The position numbers and the translations under genes are program-made. Below are positions 1 through 9,442 of a stretch of 64,000 bases of DNA, one piece after another. Numbering within the stretch: position 1 is the first letter of the stretch; the number at the start of each line of letters is the position of its first letter. Source of the DNA: an uncultured Clostridia bacterium (lineage in GTDB: Bacteria; Bacillota; Clostridia; TANB77; CAG-508); contig CALXRX010000006.1 of assembly GCA_944390975.1 (NCBI GenBank), positions 14,312 through 78,311 of the forward strand, given 5' to 3'. A model generated the notes under the pieces. It was given only the letters and a program-made list of their open reading frames with translations. It was not told the DNA's origin and did not search any database.

Positions 1-3
1 CCT

Positions 4-294
4 CTAATCAGGTAAAATTATTTTTGAATTTTTCTTTTTAGGTCTATATAGAACAAACTTATTTCCAATAACTTGAACTAAAGTAGAATTTGTTTTCATA
101 GCTAATGTTTTAGCAATATCATAGTTATCTTCTGGAGCTGTTTCAAGAACAGAAAGTTTAATTAACTCACGAGCTTCTAAAGCATCATTAACTTGAACAA
201 TTAAATTTTCATTCAAACCATTTTTCCCAACTTGAAAAATTGCATCTAAATTATTTGATAAAGCACGTAAATATGCACGTTGTTTACTAGTCAT
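4..294 (-). CDS. yhbY: YhbY-like CRM-domain RNA-binding protein
   Basis: 96-aa ORF. MTSKQRAYLRALSNNLDAIFQVGKNGL...VQVIGNKFVLYR fits the YhbY/CRS1 pattern. Confidence 0.8.
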   Translation of the reverse strand: MTSKQRAYLRALSNNLDAIFQVGKNGLNENLIVQVNDALEARELIKLSVLETAPEDNYDIAKTLAMKTNSTLVQVIGNKFVLYRPKKKNSKIILPD

Positions 295-360
295 AAAATA
301 AACTCCTTATAAAATTATTTGTATTATTATACAAGAAAAATTAATAATATGCAAATAAAA

Positions 361-417
361 AATATTTATACAATTATCAATCAATTTTAAAAAAATAAAA
401 TAGACTGAACTGTAACT
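361..417 (-). repeat. Solo arm of the GTTACAGTTCAG intergenic repeat family (copy R1)
   Basis: The reverse complement reads agttacagttcagtctattttatttttttaaaattgattgataattgtataaatatt. It matches the arms at 7375, 25021, 49275 and 54464. Confidence 0.7.
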
Positions 418-444
418 ATTTTTAAATAAAAAACAAAAAATTAG

Positions 445-1062
445 TTATAACAAATTAATAAAAAAATCAATAAAACCAAAAATGCCGAAAGCAATAAAAA
501 TAATACCAGATAAAATATTTAAAGAAGTACTAGAAATCTTATGACTTAAAAACTTACCAAATAAAATAGCAATAGAATCACTAATAACCATACCTAAAAT
601 AGCACCAATAATTAAATAAACTTTAAAATAAGGATATTGTATACCAAGCCCCAAAGAAGCAAGAAAGGTTTTATCACCAAGTTCGCCAATGCAAATACTA
701 AGAGCAATAATTAATATATAACCAATTTTTAAATTAGAAATTTTTTTAATAACACCATTTTTTTTATCTTCTGAATCCTCATTATCATTATTCATTAAAG
801 TAATAATTCCAAAAAATAAAAAAGAAATATAAGTAATAAACTTCAAAATGCTATGGACAAATTCATTATTCAAACTGCCCAATGCACTGCCAAAAAGAAT
901 TGCAATACCATGGCTAAAAAAAGATCCCAAAGCAACTCCAAACAAAATAGTAAAGCTCTTAAGTTTAGAAGAAAAAGATAAAACCAGAAGTTGAGTTTTA
1001 TCACCAAGTTCTGACATAAAAACAAGACCAAAAGCCATAAAAATAGGATAAAAGAAATCCAT
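445..1062 (-). CDS. GDT1/UPF0016 (TMEM165) family cation transporter
   Basis: 205-aa polytopic membrane ORF with two copies of the family E-x-G-D-K-T motif (SELGDKTQ, GELGDKTF). Confidence 0.75.
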   Translation of the reverse strand: MDFFYPIFMAFGLVFMSELGDKTQLLVLSFSSKLKSFTILFGVALGSFFSHGIAILFGSALGSLNNEFVHSILKFITYISFLFFGIITLMNNDNEDSEDKKNGVIKKISNLKIGYILIIALSICIGELGDKTFLASLGLGIQYPYFKVYLIIGAILGMVISDSIAILFGKFLSHKISSTSLNILSGIIFIAFGIFGFIDFFINLL

Positions 1063-1174
1063 ATGTAATCACCTAATAATAAATATGTAAGAAAAAAATA
1101 AAATATTCAGAAATAAGATTTTCCGTAGGTTTGTGAAAAGTTTGTGAAAAAAATGTAATTTATTAAAAAGGGTA

Positions 1175-1203
1175 TTGCAAACTAATGATACAAATGATAA
1201 TAT
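1175..1203 (+). promoter_or_regulatory. Sigma-A-type promoter candidate for the ABC operon
   Basis: TTGCAA (1175-1180), 17-nt spacer, TGaTAATAT extended -10 (1195-1203), about 40 nt upstream of the TTG start at 1244. Confidence 0.4.
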
Positions 1204-1243
1204 CGTAAAAGTTAAGAAATTATTAAGATAGGGAGGAATAAAA

Positions 1244-2197
1244 TTGATTGAAGTAAAAAATGTAACCAAGAAATATGGTAGCTTTACGGCAGTGGACAAT
1301 ATAAGCTTCAATATTGAAGAAGGAGAAATTGTTGGTTTACTTGGTCCAAATGGAGCGGGTAAAAGTACAACCATGAACATGATAACAGGTTTTTTAGAGC
1401 CAGATGAAGGAGAAATTATAATTGATGGAAATAGCATCTTAAAAAAACCTAAAAAAGCAAAAAAACAAATAGGATATATGCCAGAAGGAGTACCTTTATA
1501 TAATGATTTAACAGTAAAAGAATTTATAAATTATATGGCAGACTTAAAAATGGTACAAAGAAATGAAAAAAAAGAAAATGTTCAAAAAGTAATGGAACAA
1601 ACAAACCTTATAGAAGTACAAAATAAACTAATAAGAAACCTATCAAGAGGATATAAACAACGTGTTAGCATGGCAGGAGCATTAGTAGGAAATCCTAAAA
1701 TACTAATATTAGACGAGCCAACAGTTGGACTAGATCCTAAACAAATTACAGAAATTAGGTCATTAATAAAATCATTAGGAAAAGAGCATACAGTAATTTT
1801 AAGTTCACACATTTTATCAGAAATAAGTCAAATATGTAAAAAAGTAATAATAATAAATAAAGGAAAAATAATTGCAATAGATACACCTGAAAACTTAGAA
1901 GAAAAAGTAAAAGACGAAAATGCAGTTACACTAACAGTTGAAGATAAAGACAACAAAATAGAAGAAGTAACAAAACAAATAAAAGGAATAAAAGAATTAA
2001 AACTAATAAAAGACAATGAAGATGGAACAAAAGATTATGTAATTATTTCAGAAGAAAAAATAGATATAAGAAAAGAAATATTTGAAAAATATGCAAAAGC
2101 ACATATAACTATTTTTGAATTAAAGAAAAGAGAAACAACATTAGAAGATGCATTTATGAAATTAATAGAAAATAAAGATGAGGAGGGAAATAAATAA
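1244..2197 (+). CDS. ABC transporter ATP-binding protein (ABC-2/GldA-like)
   Basis: Walker A GPNGAGKST, signature LSRGYKQR, Walker B ILILDEPT. TTG start preceded by AGGGAGG. Confidence 0.9.
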   Translation: MIEVKNVTKKYGSFTAVDNISFNIEEGEIVGLLGPNGAGKSTTMNMITGFLEPDEGEIIIDGNSILKKPKKAKKQIGYMPEGVPLYNDLTVKEFINYMADLKMVQRNEKKENVQKVMEQTNLIEVQNKLIRNLSRGYKQRVSMAGALVGNPKILILDEPTVGLDPKQITEIRSLIKSLGKEHTVILSSHILSEISQICKKVIIINKGKIIAIDTPENLEEKVKDENAVTLTVEDKDNKIEEVTKQIKGIKELKLIKDNEDGTKDYVIISEEKIDIRKEIFEKYAKAHITIFELKKRETTLEDAFMKLIENKDEEGNK

Positions 2198-2877
2198 TGT
2201 GGGCAGTATTAAAAAAAGAAATAAAAAGTTACTTTTTATCTCCAATAGGATATGTATTTATAGGACTATTTTTAGCAATGTGTAGTTTGTTTTTTTATTT
2301 AGATGTACTTAACTATGGAAGTCTACAATTTGAAAATATGTTTTATTCAGCAGCAACAATTTTAACCTTTATAACACCAATACTTACAATGAGAATGTTT
2401 GCAGAAGAAAGAAAAGTTGGAACAGAACAACTATTATATACATCACCAAGAAGTATAACAAGTATTGTATTTGGAAAATTCTTTGCAGCATTATTTGTTG
2501 TATTAATAGCAGAACTATTCACATTAATATATTTAGCAATACTATTCCTTTTTGGAACACCACATGTACAAACAGCACTTGTAACAATACTTGGATTTTT
2601 CCTACTAAGTATGGCATATGTATCATTTGGAATGTTTGCATCAAGCATTACAGAAAATCAAATAATAGCAGGAGTTGTAACAATAGGATTTTTTATAATA
2701 ACATGGTTTTTACCTAACTTTTCAACAGTATTTCAACCATTATCATTAATAACCATGTTTGATAAATTTCCTTTAGGCTTAATTGCAATAGAAGAAATAG
2801 TTTCATTTGTATCATTTACTGTACTTTTTGTACTACTTACAATAATAGTGTTACAAAGAAAAAAGAGTGTAAAATAG
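2197..2877 (+). CDS. ABC-2 type permease (GldF-like)
   Basis: 226-aa ORF with about 6 TM helices. The start overlaps the ATPase stop (TAATG). Confidence 0.75.
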   Translation: MWAVLKKEIKSYFLSPIGYVFIGLFLAMCSLFFYLDVLNYGSLQFENMFYSAATILTFITPILTMRMFAEERKVGTEQLLYTSPRSITSIVFGKFFAALFVVLIAELFTLIYLAILFLFGTPHVQTALVTILGFFLLSMAYVSFGMFASSITENQIIAGVVTIGFFIITWFLPNFSTVFQPLSLITMFDKFPLGLIAIEEIVSFVSFTVLFVLLTIIVLQRKKSVK

Positions 2878-2892
2878 GAAGGGCGTGAAAAA

Positions 2893-4338
2893 GTGAAAAA
2901 ATTTATTGAAATTATAAAGAAAAAGTGGTTAAGAGATACCACAAAAACAATATTATTAGTAGCAATATTGTTTGCGGCATTTATAGGAATTAATATATTA
3001 GTACAAAATGTAGAAATAAAAGATATTGATGTTACACAAGACCAATTATTTACATTATCAGAACAATCAAAAAACCAAGCCAAAAATGTTACTGAAGGCA
3101 TAAAAATATATCTAATAGGAATTGAAGAAAATACATCCATAGTAGATTTAATAAAACAATACACAAACGAAAATGAAAAAATAACATATGAAGTAATTCC
3201 AGATGTACAAGATAGAGCAGACTTAAAATCAAAATATAATATAACAGATGAAACACAGTTAATAGTATTAGAAACAGCAACTAAAAATAAAATAATAACA
3301 ACAGATGAATTATATACATATGATTATACAACATATCAGCAAATAGATATATCAGAAGAAAAAATAACAAATGCAATTACAGACTTAACAATAGCAGAAA
3401 AACCAAAAATATATTTCTTAACAGGGCACAATGAATATGCAATAAATGCAGATATGACAATACTAAAAGCATATTTAGAAAATGAAGTAAACACTATAGA
3501 AACATTAGATTTGTTAGTAAAAGATGCTGTTCCTGAAGATGCAAGCTTACTTGTAATATCAAGTCCACAAAAAGACTTTTTAGATAGAGAAGTAGAATTA
3601 ATAACAAACTATATAAACAAAGGTGGAAAAATATTATGGATGAATGATCCAAGCTTTCTAGGAGAAACATATCCAAATATGCAAAAAATATTAGATTTAT
3701 TTGGCGCAAAATTTGATGAAGGAATTATATTAGAACAAGATGCAGACAAAATGGCATTACAATCACCAAATTATATAATTCCAAATATAGAAAGTACACA
3801 AGCAACAAAAGATATAGTTACAGATGGAGGAATATTATTAATAAATGCATGTAAAATTACTTTAGCAGAAGATACAAAATTAGAAGAACTAAATGTAGCA
3901 AGCCAAGTAATTTTATCAACAGGTGAAACAGCATTATTTAGAAAAGATGTATCTAATACTAGTACAAACAAAATAGATTCTGATGAAGAAGGAAGCTTTG
4001 TTTTAGGAGCAAAGCTAACAAAAACAGTAGAAGAAAATAAAGAAGCTGTAATGTATGTATTAGCAAACAATTTCTTTGTAGTAGATTACCCAATAACTAT
4101 GGGCAGTAGCCAAGTATATCCAATACAATTCTACAATAATAAAGACTATATATTAAATACAATTGCAGAATTAACTGATAGGGGAGATACAATATCAATA
4201 AGAAAAGATACTGGAGTAGTAACATATACAGCAACAGAAGCACAAGACAGAAATATAAAAATTATAATATCAATAATACCAGCCTTCATAATACTTATTG
4301 GAATAGCAGTTTGGATTAGAAGAAGAATAAAAAAATAA
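2893..4338 (+). CDS. GldG-like ABC-transporter auxiliary protein
   Basis: 481 aa with N- and C-terminal TM anchors around a large extracytoplasmic domain. It is the third gene of the ATPase/permease operon, the typical GldA-F-G layout. Confidence 0.7.
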   Translation: MKKFIEIIKKKWLRDTTKTILLVAILFAAFIGINILVQNVEIKDIDVTQDQLFTLSEQSKNQAKNVTEGIKIYLIGIEENTSIVDLIKQYTNENEKITYEVIPDVQDRADLKSKYNITDETQLIVLETATKNKIITTDELYTYDYTTYQQIDISEEKITNAITDLTIAEKPKIYFLTGHNEYAINADMTILKAYLENEVNTIETLDLLVKDAVPEDASLLVISSPQKDFLDREVELITNYINKGGKILWMNDPSFLGETYPNMQKILDLFGAKFDEGIILEQDADKMALQSPNYIIPNIESTQATKDIVTDGGILLINACKITLAEDTKLEELNVASQVILSTGETALFRKDVSNTSTNKIDSDEEGSFVLGAKLTKTVEENKEAVMYVLANNFFVVDYPITMGSSQVYPIQFYNNKDYILNTIAELTDRGDTISIRKDTGVVTYTATEAQDRNIKIIISIIPAFIILIGIAVWIRRRIKK

Positions 4339-4347
4339 TAAAATAAG

Positions 4348-4382
4348 AAAACCTCTCATATATTAGCATGAGAGGTTTTTTT
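4348..4382 (+). terminator. Rho-independent terminator of the ABC operon
   Basis: Stem aaacctctcat/atgagaggttt followed by a T-run. It abuts the ATG at 4383. Confidence 0.7.
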
Positions 4383-5394
4383 ATGAAAAATATACTAAAA
4401 GTAGTTTTTGTAATAATAGGAACAATTATTGGAGCAGGATTTGCTTCGCGGAAAAGAAATATATTTATTTTTTGTAGTTTATGGAATAAATGGAATTTTT
4501 GGAATAATTTTATCACAATTAATAATAGGAATAATTATATATAAAGTACTAACAATATCGCAAAAACAAAAAATATCAACATATGGAGAATTATCTGAAA
4601 CAATAAATAAAAATACCAAAATAAATGAAATACTAAAAATTATAATTAATATATTTTTGCTATTATCCTTTTATGTAATGATAGCTGGATTTAGTGCATA
4701 TTTTTCGCAAGAATTAGGATTACCAAACATATTTGGTACAATATTTATATCTATATTATGCTACATAATATTTATGGGAGATATAGATAGAATTATTAAA
4801 GTAAATATACTATTAATCCCACTAATAATAATATTTATAATATTACTAGTCAGCAAAGATATGGGAGTATACAGTAATATAAATGAAAAAATGATACAAC
4901 CAAATATATTCAAAAGTATATATAGTGCAATATTATATAGCAGTTATAATAGTATAACATTGATTCCAATACTAATATCGCTAAAAAAATATATAAAAAA
5001 TAAATCACAAATAATTAAAATATGTATAATATGTACAGCAATTTTAGCTTTAGTAGCAATTGCTATATACGGTCTAGTTTTAAAAGTGGATATAGATATA
5101 AACTACATAGAATTGCCAACAATATATGTTGCTGGAATGTTTGGAAAAATATATAAATATTTATATGGAATAACAATATTAGTTGCAATATTAACATCTG
5201 CAATATCAGCAGGATACAGCATTCTAGAAAACTATAAATCAAATAAAAAAACATACAAAAAAATTGCATTTTTAATATGTATAAGTTCAATATTAATATC
5301 AAAAATAGGTTTTTCAAACTTGATAGGGTTGCTTTATCCTGTATTTGGAATACTAGGAATAATACAAATATATTTTTTAATTAAGAAAAAATAA
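4383..5394 (+). CDS. YkvI-like polytopic membrane protein, requires +1 shift at CGG 4449-4451
   Basis: The ATG at 4383 gives MKNILKVVFVIIGTIIGAGFAS, then CGG. Skipping C4449 continues GKEIYLFFVVYGINGIFG..., which is the frame of the 4429..5394 ORF. The joined GAGFASG.E..FF motif is the conserved YkvI N-terminus. Confidence 0.65.
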
Positions 5395-5481
5395 ATAAAA
5401 TGTAATAGTAAATCTACAAAACCATCTTGAAAAAAATACATAAAACTGATATAAAATAAGTAGTAAAAAAGGAGAAAACAT

Positions 5482-6645
5482 ATGAATAAATTAAATATAA
5501 ATGATAAAGCAAAAAAGAAAATAAAAATAGGAATTATAATATTACTAATAACTGTAGCAATATTATCAGTAGCATTATATATTGGAAATGAAAATGTAAG
5601 AACTTTTTTTAATCGCTATATATTAAAAAAAGAAGTAGTAGAAAACAATGTTGCAAGTATAGACTTATCTAATATAGAAAATCCTAAAATATATGGATAT
5701 GATAAATATATTACAATTTTAAGTAAAAATATTCTATCTACATATACAAGTTCTGGTAAAAAAGAATACGAACACCAAATATCAGTTAGTGAGCCATTAT
5801 TTTCAGCCAATAATAGATTTCTAGCAATAGCACAAAAAAATGGAACAAACTTATACTTAGTTTCAGGTCAAGACCTATTATGGGAAGCGGAAATAGAGGA
5901 TGAAATACAAAAAGTAAATGTAAACAAAAATGGATATGTAAGCGTAATTACATCTGGAAGCAGTTACAAAACAGTAATATATACATTTAGCCCAGCAGGA
6001 AAAGAACTATTTAAAACATATTTATCAAGCACAAGTGCAATAGATACATCAATATCAAATGATAATAAATACTTAAGTGTGGTAGAAATAAATACATCAG
6101 GAACAATGATACAATCAAATATAAAAATAATATCAATAGAAAAAGCACAAAACGATCCAACAAACTCAGTAATTTATACACACAATGCAGAAACGAACAA
6201 ATTAATCGTTGGAATAGAATATCAAGATAAAAACAGACTAGCAATTTTATATGATGATGGAATATACACATTATATGAAGAAAAAGAAGAACAAGCAGTA
6301 TCATTTAATGAAGCAAAAGTAACATTTAGTAGTGTAGATTTATCAAACTACACAGTATACACAATTGAAAAATCATCAGGATTATTCAGTTCTAATACAC
6401 AAGTAATATTAAGAAACACAGACACATTTAAAGAAAATGTATACACAGCACCAGGAACATTAAAAGATATTAAAACACATGGTAATAATATTGCACTTAA
6501 TTTAGGAAGTGAAGTACATTTTATAAATACAAATGGATGGCTAACAAAAAAATATGTATCAGAAAAAGAAATAAATGATATTGTTTTAGGACAAAGTGTT
6601 GCAGGCATCATATATAAAGATAAAATAGAAATAATACATTTATAA
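5482..6645 (+). CDS. Membrane-anchored hypothetical protein (repeat-rich extracytoplasmic domain)
   Basis: 387-aa ORF with a good RBS (AAGGAGA) and an N-terminal TM helix (IGIIILLITVAILSVALYI). The family was not recognised with confidence. Confidence 0.55.
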   Translation: MNKLNINDKAKKKIKIGIIILLITVAILSVALYIGNENVRTFFNRYILKKEVVENNVASIDLSNIENPKIYGYDKYITILSKNILSTYTSSGKKEYEHQISVSEPLFSANNRFLAIAQKNGTNLYLVSGQDLLWEAEIEDEIQKVNVNKNGYVSVITSGSSYKTVIYTFSPAGKELFKTYLSSTSAIDTSISNDNKYLSVVEINTSGTMIQSNIKIISIEKAQNDPTNSVIYTHNAETNKLIVGIEYQDKNRLAILYDDGIYTLYEEKEEQAVSFNEAKVTFSSVDLSNYTVYTIEKSSGLFSSNTQVILRNTDTFKENVYTAPGTLKDIKTHGNNIALNLGSEVHFINTNGWLTKKYVSEKEINDIVLGQSVAGIIYKDKIEIIHL

Positions 6646-6696
6646 AAAATATAACCTAAAAAACTTAAAAACAAATTTCGTAACAAGGAGGTAAAA

Positions 6697-7359
6697 ATGT
6701 CTATTGTTATTGATTTAATAGTAATTGGAATAATATTGCTTAGCACTTTTCTAGGATATAAAAAAGGTCTAATAGGAGTAGCATTTAAAATAGCATCATT
6801 TCTTATAGCAATTATTATAACACTAATATTATTTAAACCAATTTCAAATTATATAATGAATAATACAACATTTGCTAAAACAATAGAAGAAACTATAGTA
6901 GAAAAACTATCTACACAAGAAATAGAAAATGGACAAATTAATCAAGAAAACACCAACTTACCAGAAGTAGTTGTAAACTACATAAACGTAGGGCTTCAAG
7001 ATACAGTAAATGAAGCAAAAGAAAATATTGTAAAAATAGTAGCAAGAAATTTAGCAGGAACAATTATAGATATATTGGTAATTATATCATTATTTATAAT
7101 AACAAGACTACTTTTATTATTTGCAAAAGCAATTTTCAAATTAATATCTGAAATACCTATAATAAAGCAATTTAACGAAATAGGTGGCATTCTATACGGA
7201 ATATTAAGAGGAATATTATTAATATATGTAATATTAGCCATAATAAGTTTTATATTACCAATGCTAGATAAAACATCAGTATTAAATATAATAAATAATT
7301 CAATATTAACGAAAATTCTATACAATAATAATTTAATTTTGATGGTATTTTTTAAATAA
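6697..7359 (+). CDS. cvpA: CvpA family membrane protein
   Basis: The N-terminus MSIVIDLIVIGIILLSTFLGYKKGLI... and the 4-TM layout are typical of CvpA. RBS AAGGAGG. Confidence 0.8.
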   Translation: MSIVIDLIVIGIILLSTFLGYKKGLIGVAFKIASFLIAIIITLILFKPISNYIMNNTTFAKTIEETIVEKLSTQEIENGQINQENTNLPEVVVNYINVGLQDTVNEAKENIVKIVARNLAGTIIDILVIISLFIITRLLLLFAKAIFKLISEIPIIKQFNEIGGILYGILRGILLIYVILAIISFILPMLDKTSVLNIINNSILTKILYNNNLILMVFFK

Positions 7360-7374
7360 AAATTATTAACATTA

Positions 7375-7432
7375 GTTACAGTTCAGACTATTTACCTTTT
7401 TAAAATTTGATAGTTAATTATATCTAAATATT
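7375..7432 (+). repeat. Solo arm of the GTTACAGTTCAG repeat family (copy R2)
   Basis: gttacagttcagactatttacctttttaaaatttgatagttaatt... Confidence 0.7.
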
Positions 7433-7515
7433 AACTAATATTAATTAAAAATGAAAAAGAAATATTGATATTTATACATTGGTTTGTTATACTAGTATAT
7501 ATAAAATTTTAGAGG

Positions 7516-8940
7516 GTGAAAATATTGAAAAAAGAAGAAATGAATGAAAACAATAAAACAGTAAAAAAAGTAGAAAAAAAAGCAGATAAAAAGAAACTAA
7601 AAAAAGAAAGAAAGAAAGAAGAAAAAAGAATAAAAAAAGAAAAAAGAAAAAAAAGCAAAGCATGGAAAATATTTAAAATCATATTAATAATGTTATTAAT
7701 TGCATTTATAATTTTTGTAGGAATGTTCACGTATAGGTTTATCAAAAATGGAGGAGGACTACAAGGATTTATAGCAACAGCCATGGGGCATGATGAAAAC
7801 ACATTAAAAGATTTAGACAAAATATATTTTCTATTAGTAGGAATTAGTGGATATGAAGAAGACTATAAACTAGCAGATACAATTATGCTATGCTCATATG
7901 ATCCAAAAATACAAGAAGCATCAATACTATCAATACCAAGAGACACATATGTAGGAAAAAACAAAAAAAAGGCATCAGCAAGTTATAAAATAAATTCTGT
8001 ATACAGAAATGGTGAAAATATAGATGGAATGATTGAAGCAATAGAAGATATAACTCAAATAGATATAGACAACTATTTAATAGTAGACACAGATGCATTA
8101 ATACAAATAGTAGACGCTATAGGTGGAGTAGAATTTAATGTCCCAATAGATATGAAATATGATGATGTAACACAAGACTTACACATAGACTTAAAAGCAG
8201 GATACCAAAAATTAAATGGTGAACAAGCAGAATGGCTAGTAAGATTCAGACACAACAATGATGGGACAAGTTATCCAGTAGAATATGGAGACAACGACAT
8301 AGGAAGAATGAGAACACAAAGGGAATTTATAGAAGCCACTTTAAAACAAACCCTAAAACCAGAAAATATATTAAACTTAACAAAAGTAGCAGAAATAGCA
8401 TTTAACAATATAAATACAAACATGACATTTCAAACTATAAAAGACTATATACCATATGCAGTAAACTTCAGCACAGAAAATTTAAAAACAGAAACATTGC
8501 CAGGAACACCAGAACTAGCAAATGGAGTTTGGATTTATACAGTCGATAAAAAAGAAACAGAAAAAGTAGTTGAAGACTTATTTGCTGATGAAGAAATACC
8601 ACAAGAAGAAGTAGATGGACAAAATACCATAAACACAAATACAACCACATCAGAAAAAAATAATGAAGATAACAATGAAATAAAAATCGAATTATTAAAT
8701 GGAACAGGAAAATCAAGCAACTTAACAAAAGTAACAGAACTTTTAAAACAAAAAGGTTATAATGTAGTAAAAACAGGTAATACTAATACTACATCAAAAA
8801 CACAAATCATAAATAGAACAAGTCAAAGCAGTAAAATAACAAAAGAATTAAAAGATATATTAGATGTAGGAACAACATCAGAAAAATCAAATAACTCTAA
8901 TGTAGATTATACAATAATATTAGGAAAAGACTATGAATAA
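7516..8940 (+). CDS. LytR-CpsA-Psr (LCP) family cell-wall polymer transferase
   Basis: Lys-rich N-terminus, TM helix, LCP core (ADTIMLCSYDPK...SIPRDTYV) and a C-terminal LytR_C-like domain. The start could be GTG 7516 or TTG 7525. Confidence 0.85.
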   Translation: MKILKKEEMNENNKTVKKVEKKADKKKLKKERKKEEKRIKKEKRKKSKAWKIFKIILIMLLIAFIIFVGMFTYRFIKNGGGLQGFIATAMGHDENTLKDLDKIYFLLVGISGYEEDYKLADTIMLCSYDPKIQEASILSIPRDTYVGKNKKKASASYKINSVYRNGENIDGMIEAIEDITQIDIDNYLIVDTDALIQIVDAIGGVEFNVPIDMKYDDVTQDLHIDLKAGYQKLNGEQAEWLVRFRHNNDGTSYPVEYGDNDIGRMRTQREFIEATLKQTLKPENILNLTKVAEIAFNNINTNMTFQTIKDYIPYAVNFSTENLKTETLPGTPELANGVWIYTVDKKETEKVVEDLFADEEIPQEEVDGQNTINTNTTTSEKNNEDNNEIKIELLNGTGKSSNLTKVTELLKQKGYNVVKTGNTNTTSKTQIINRTSQSSKITKELKDILDVGTTSEKSNNSNVDYTIILGKDYE

Positions 8941-8975
8941 TTTTATAAGTAACTTAAATATGTTAGGAGATTAAT

Positions 8976-9302
8976 ATGGAAACAGAATTATTAAATAAAA
9001 TTACTAAATTATTAGATGACAAAAAAGCAATTGATTTAACAGCCTTAGATGTTAGCGAAAAAACTACAATAGCAGATAGTTTCATAATAGCAACAGGAAC
9101 ATCAATTACACACATAAGAACATTAGCAGACCATGTAGAAGAAGAATTAAAAAAACAACAAATATATCCAAATAAAATAGAAGGATATAACACAGAATGG
9201 ATATTAATGGATTATGGAGAAGTAGTAGTTCATATATTTACACAAAAAGAAAGACAAAACTATAATTTAGAAGAACTATATATGAGAAATACAAATATAT
9301 AA
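8976..9302 (+). CDS. rsfS: Ribosome silencing factor RsfS
   Basis: 108 aa. IDLTALDVSEKTTIADSFIIATGTS..H...LADHV and WILMDYGEVVVHIF are RsfS hallmarks. Confidence 0.9.
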   Translation: METELLNKITKLLDDKKAIDLTALDVSEKTTIADSFIIATGTSITHIRTLADHVEEELKKQQIYPNKIEGYNTEWILMDYGEVVVHIFTQKERQNYNLEELYMRNTNI

Positions 9303-9353
9303 GGAAATTAAATAGTTATACAGCAAATATTTAGTTTTCTTTTACACAGGAAG

Positions 9354-9387
9354 AAAAAATGGATTGCTTTTCAAGCAATCCATTTTT
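9354..9387. terminator. Bidirectional terminator between rsfS and the carboxypeptidase gene
   Basis: aaaaaatggattgctt ttc aagcaatccattttt: an 11-bp stem flanked by A- and T-runs. Confidence 0.75.
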
Positions 9388-9442
9388 AAAACAAATTAAT
9401 AAATAGTAGAAATAAATACAAATAACAATTATTATTTAATAC

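Noticed and set aside
1063-1243. A yybP-ykoY (Mn2+) riboswitch was looked for upstream of the GDT1/UPF0016 transporter.
   Set aside because: The leader is only about 100 nt, extremely AT-rich, and lacks the conserved GGGGAGUAG and UUGAGAC-type elements.
1069-1437. Many long antisense or alternate-frame ORFs in the track. Examples are 1069..1437, 11168..11659, 21605..22027, 27177..27647, 38765..39553, 40418..41275 and 59088..59759.
   Set aside because: They overlap strongly supported conserved genes on the opposite strand or in another frame. They have Leu/Phe/Ile/Ser-rich, low-complexity translations typical of shadow ORFs in AT-rich DNA, and they lack an RBS.
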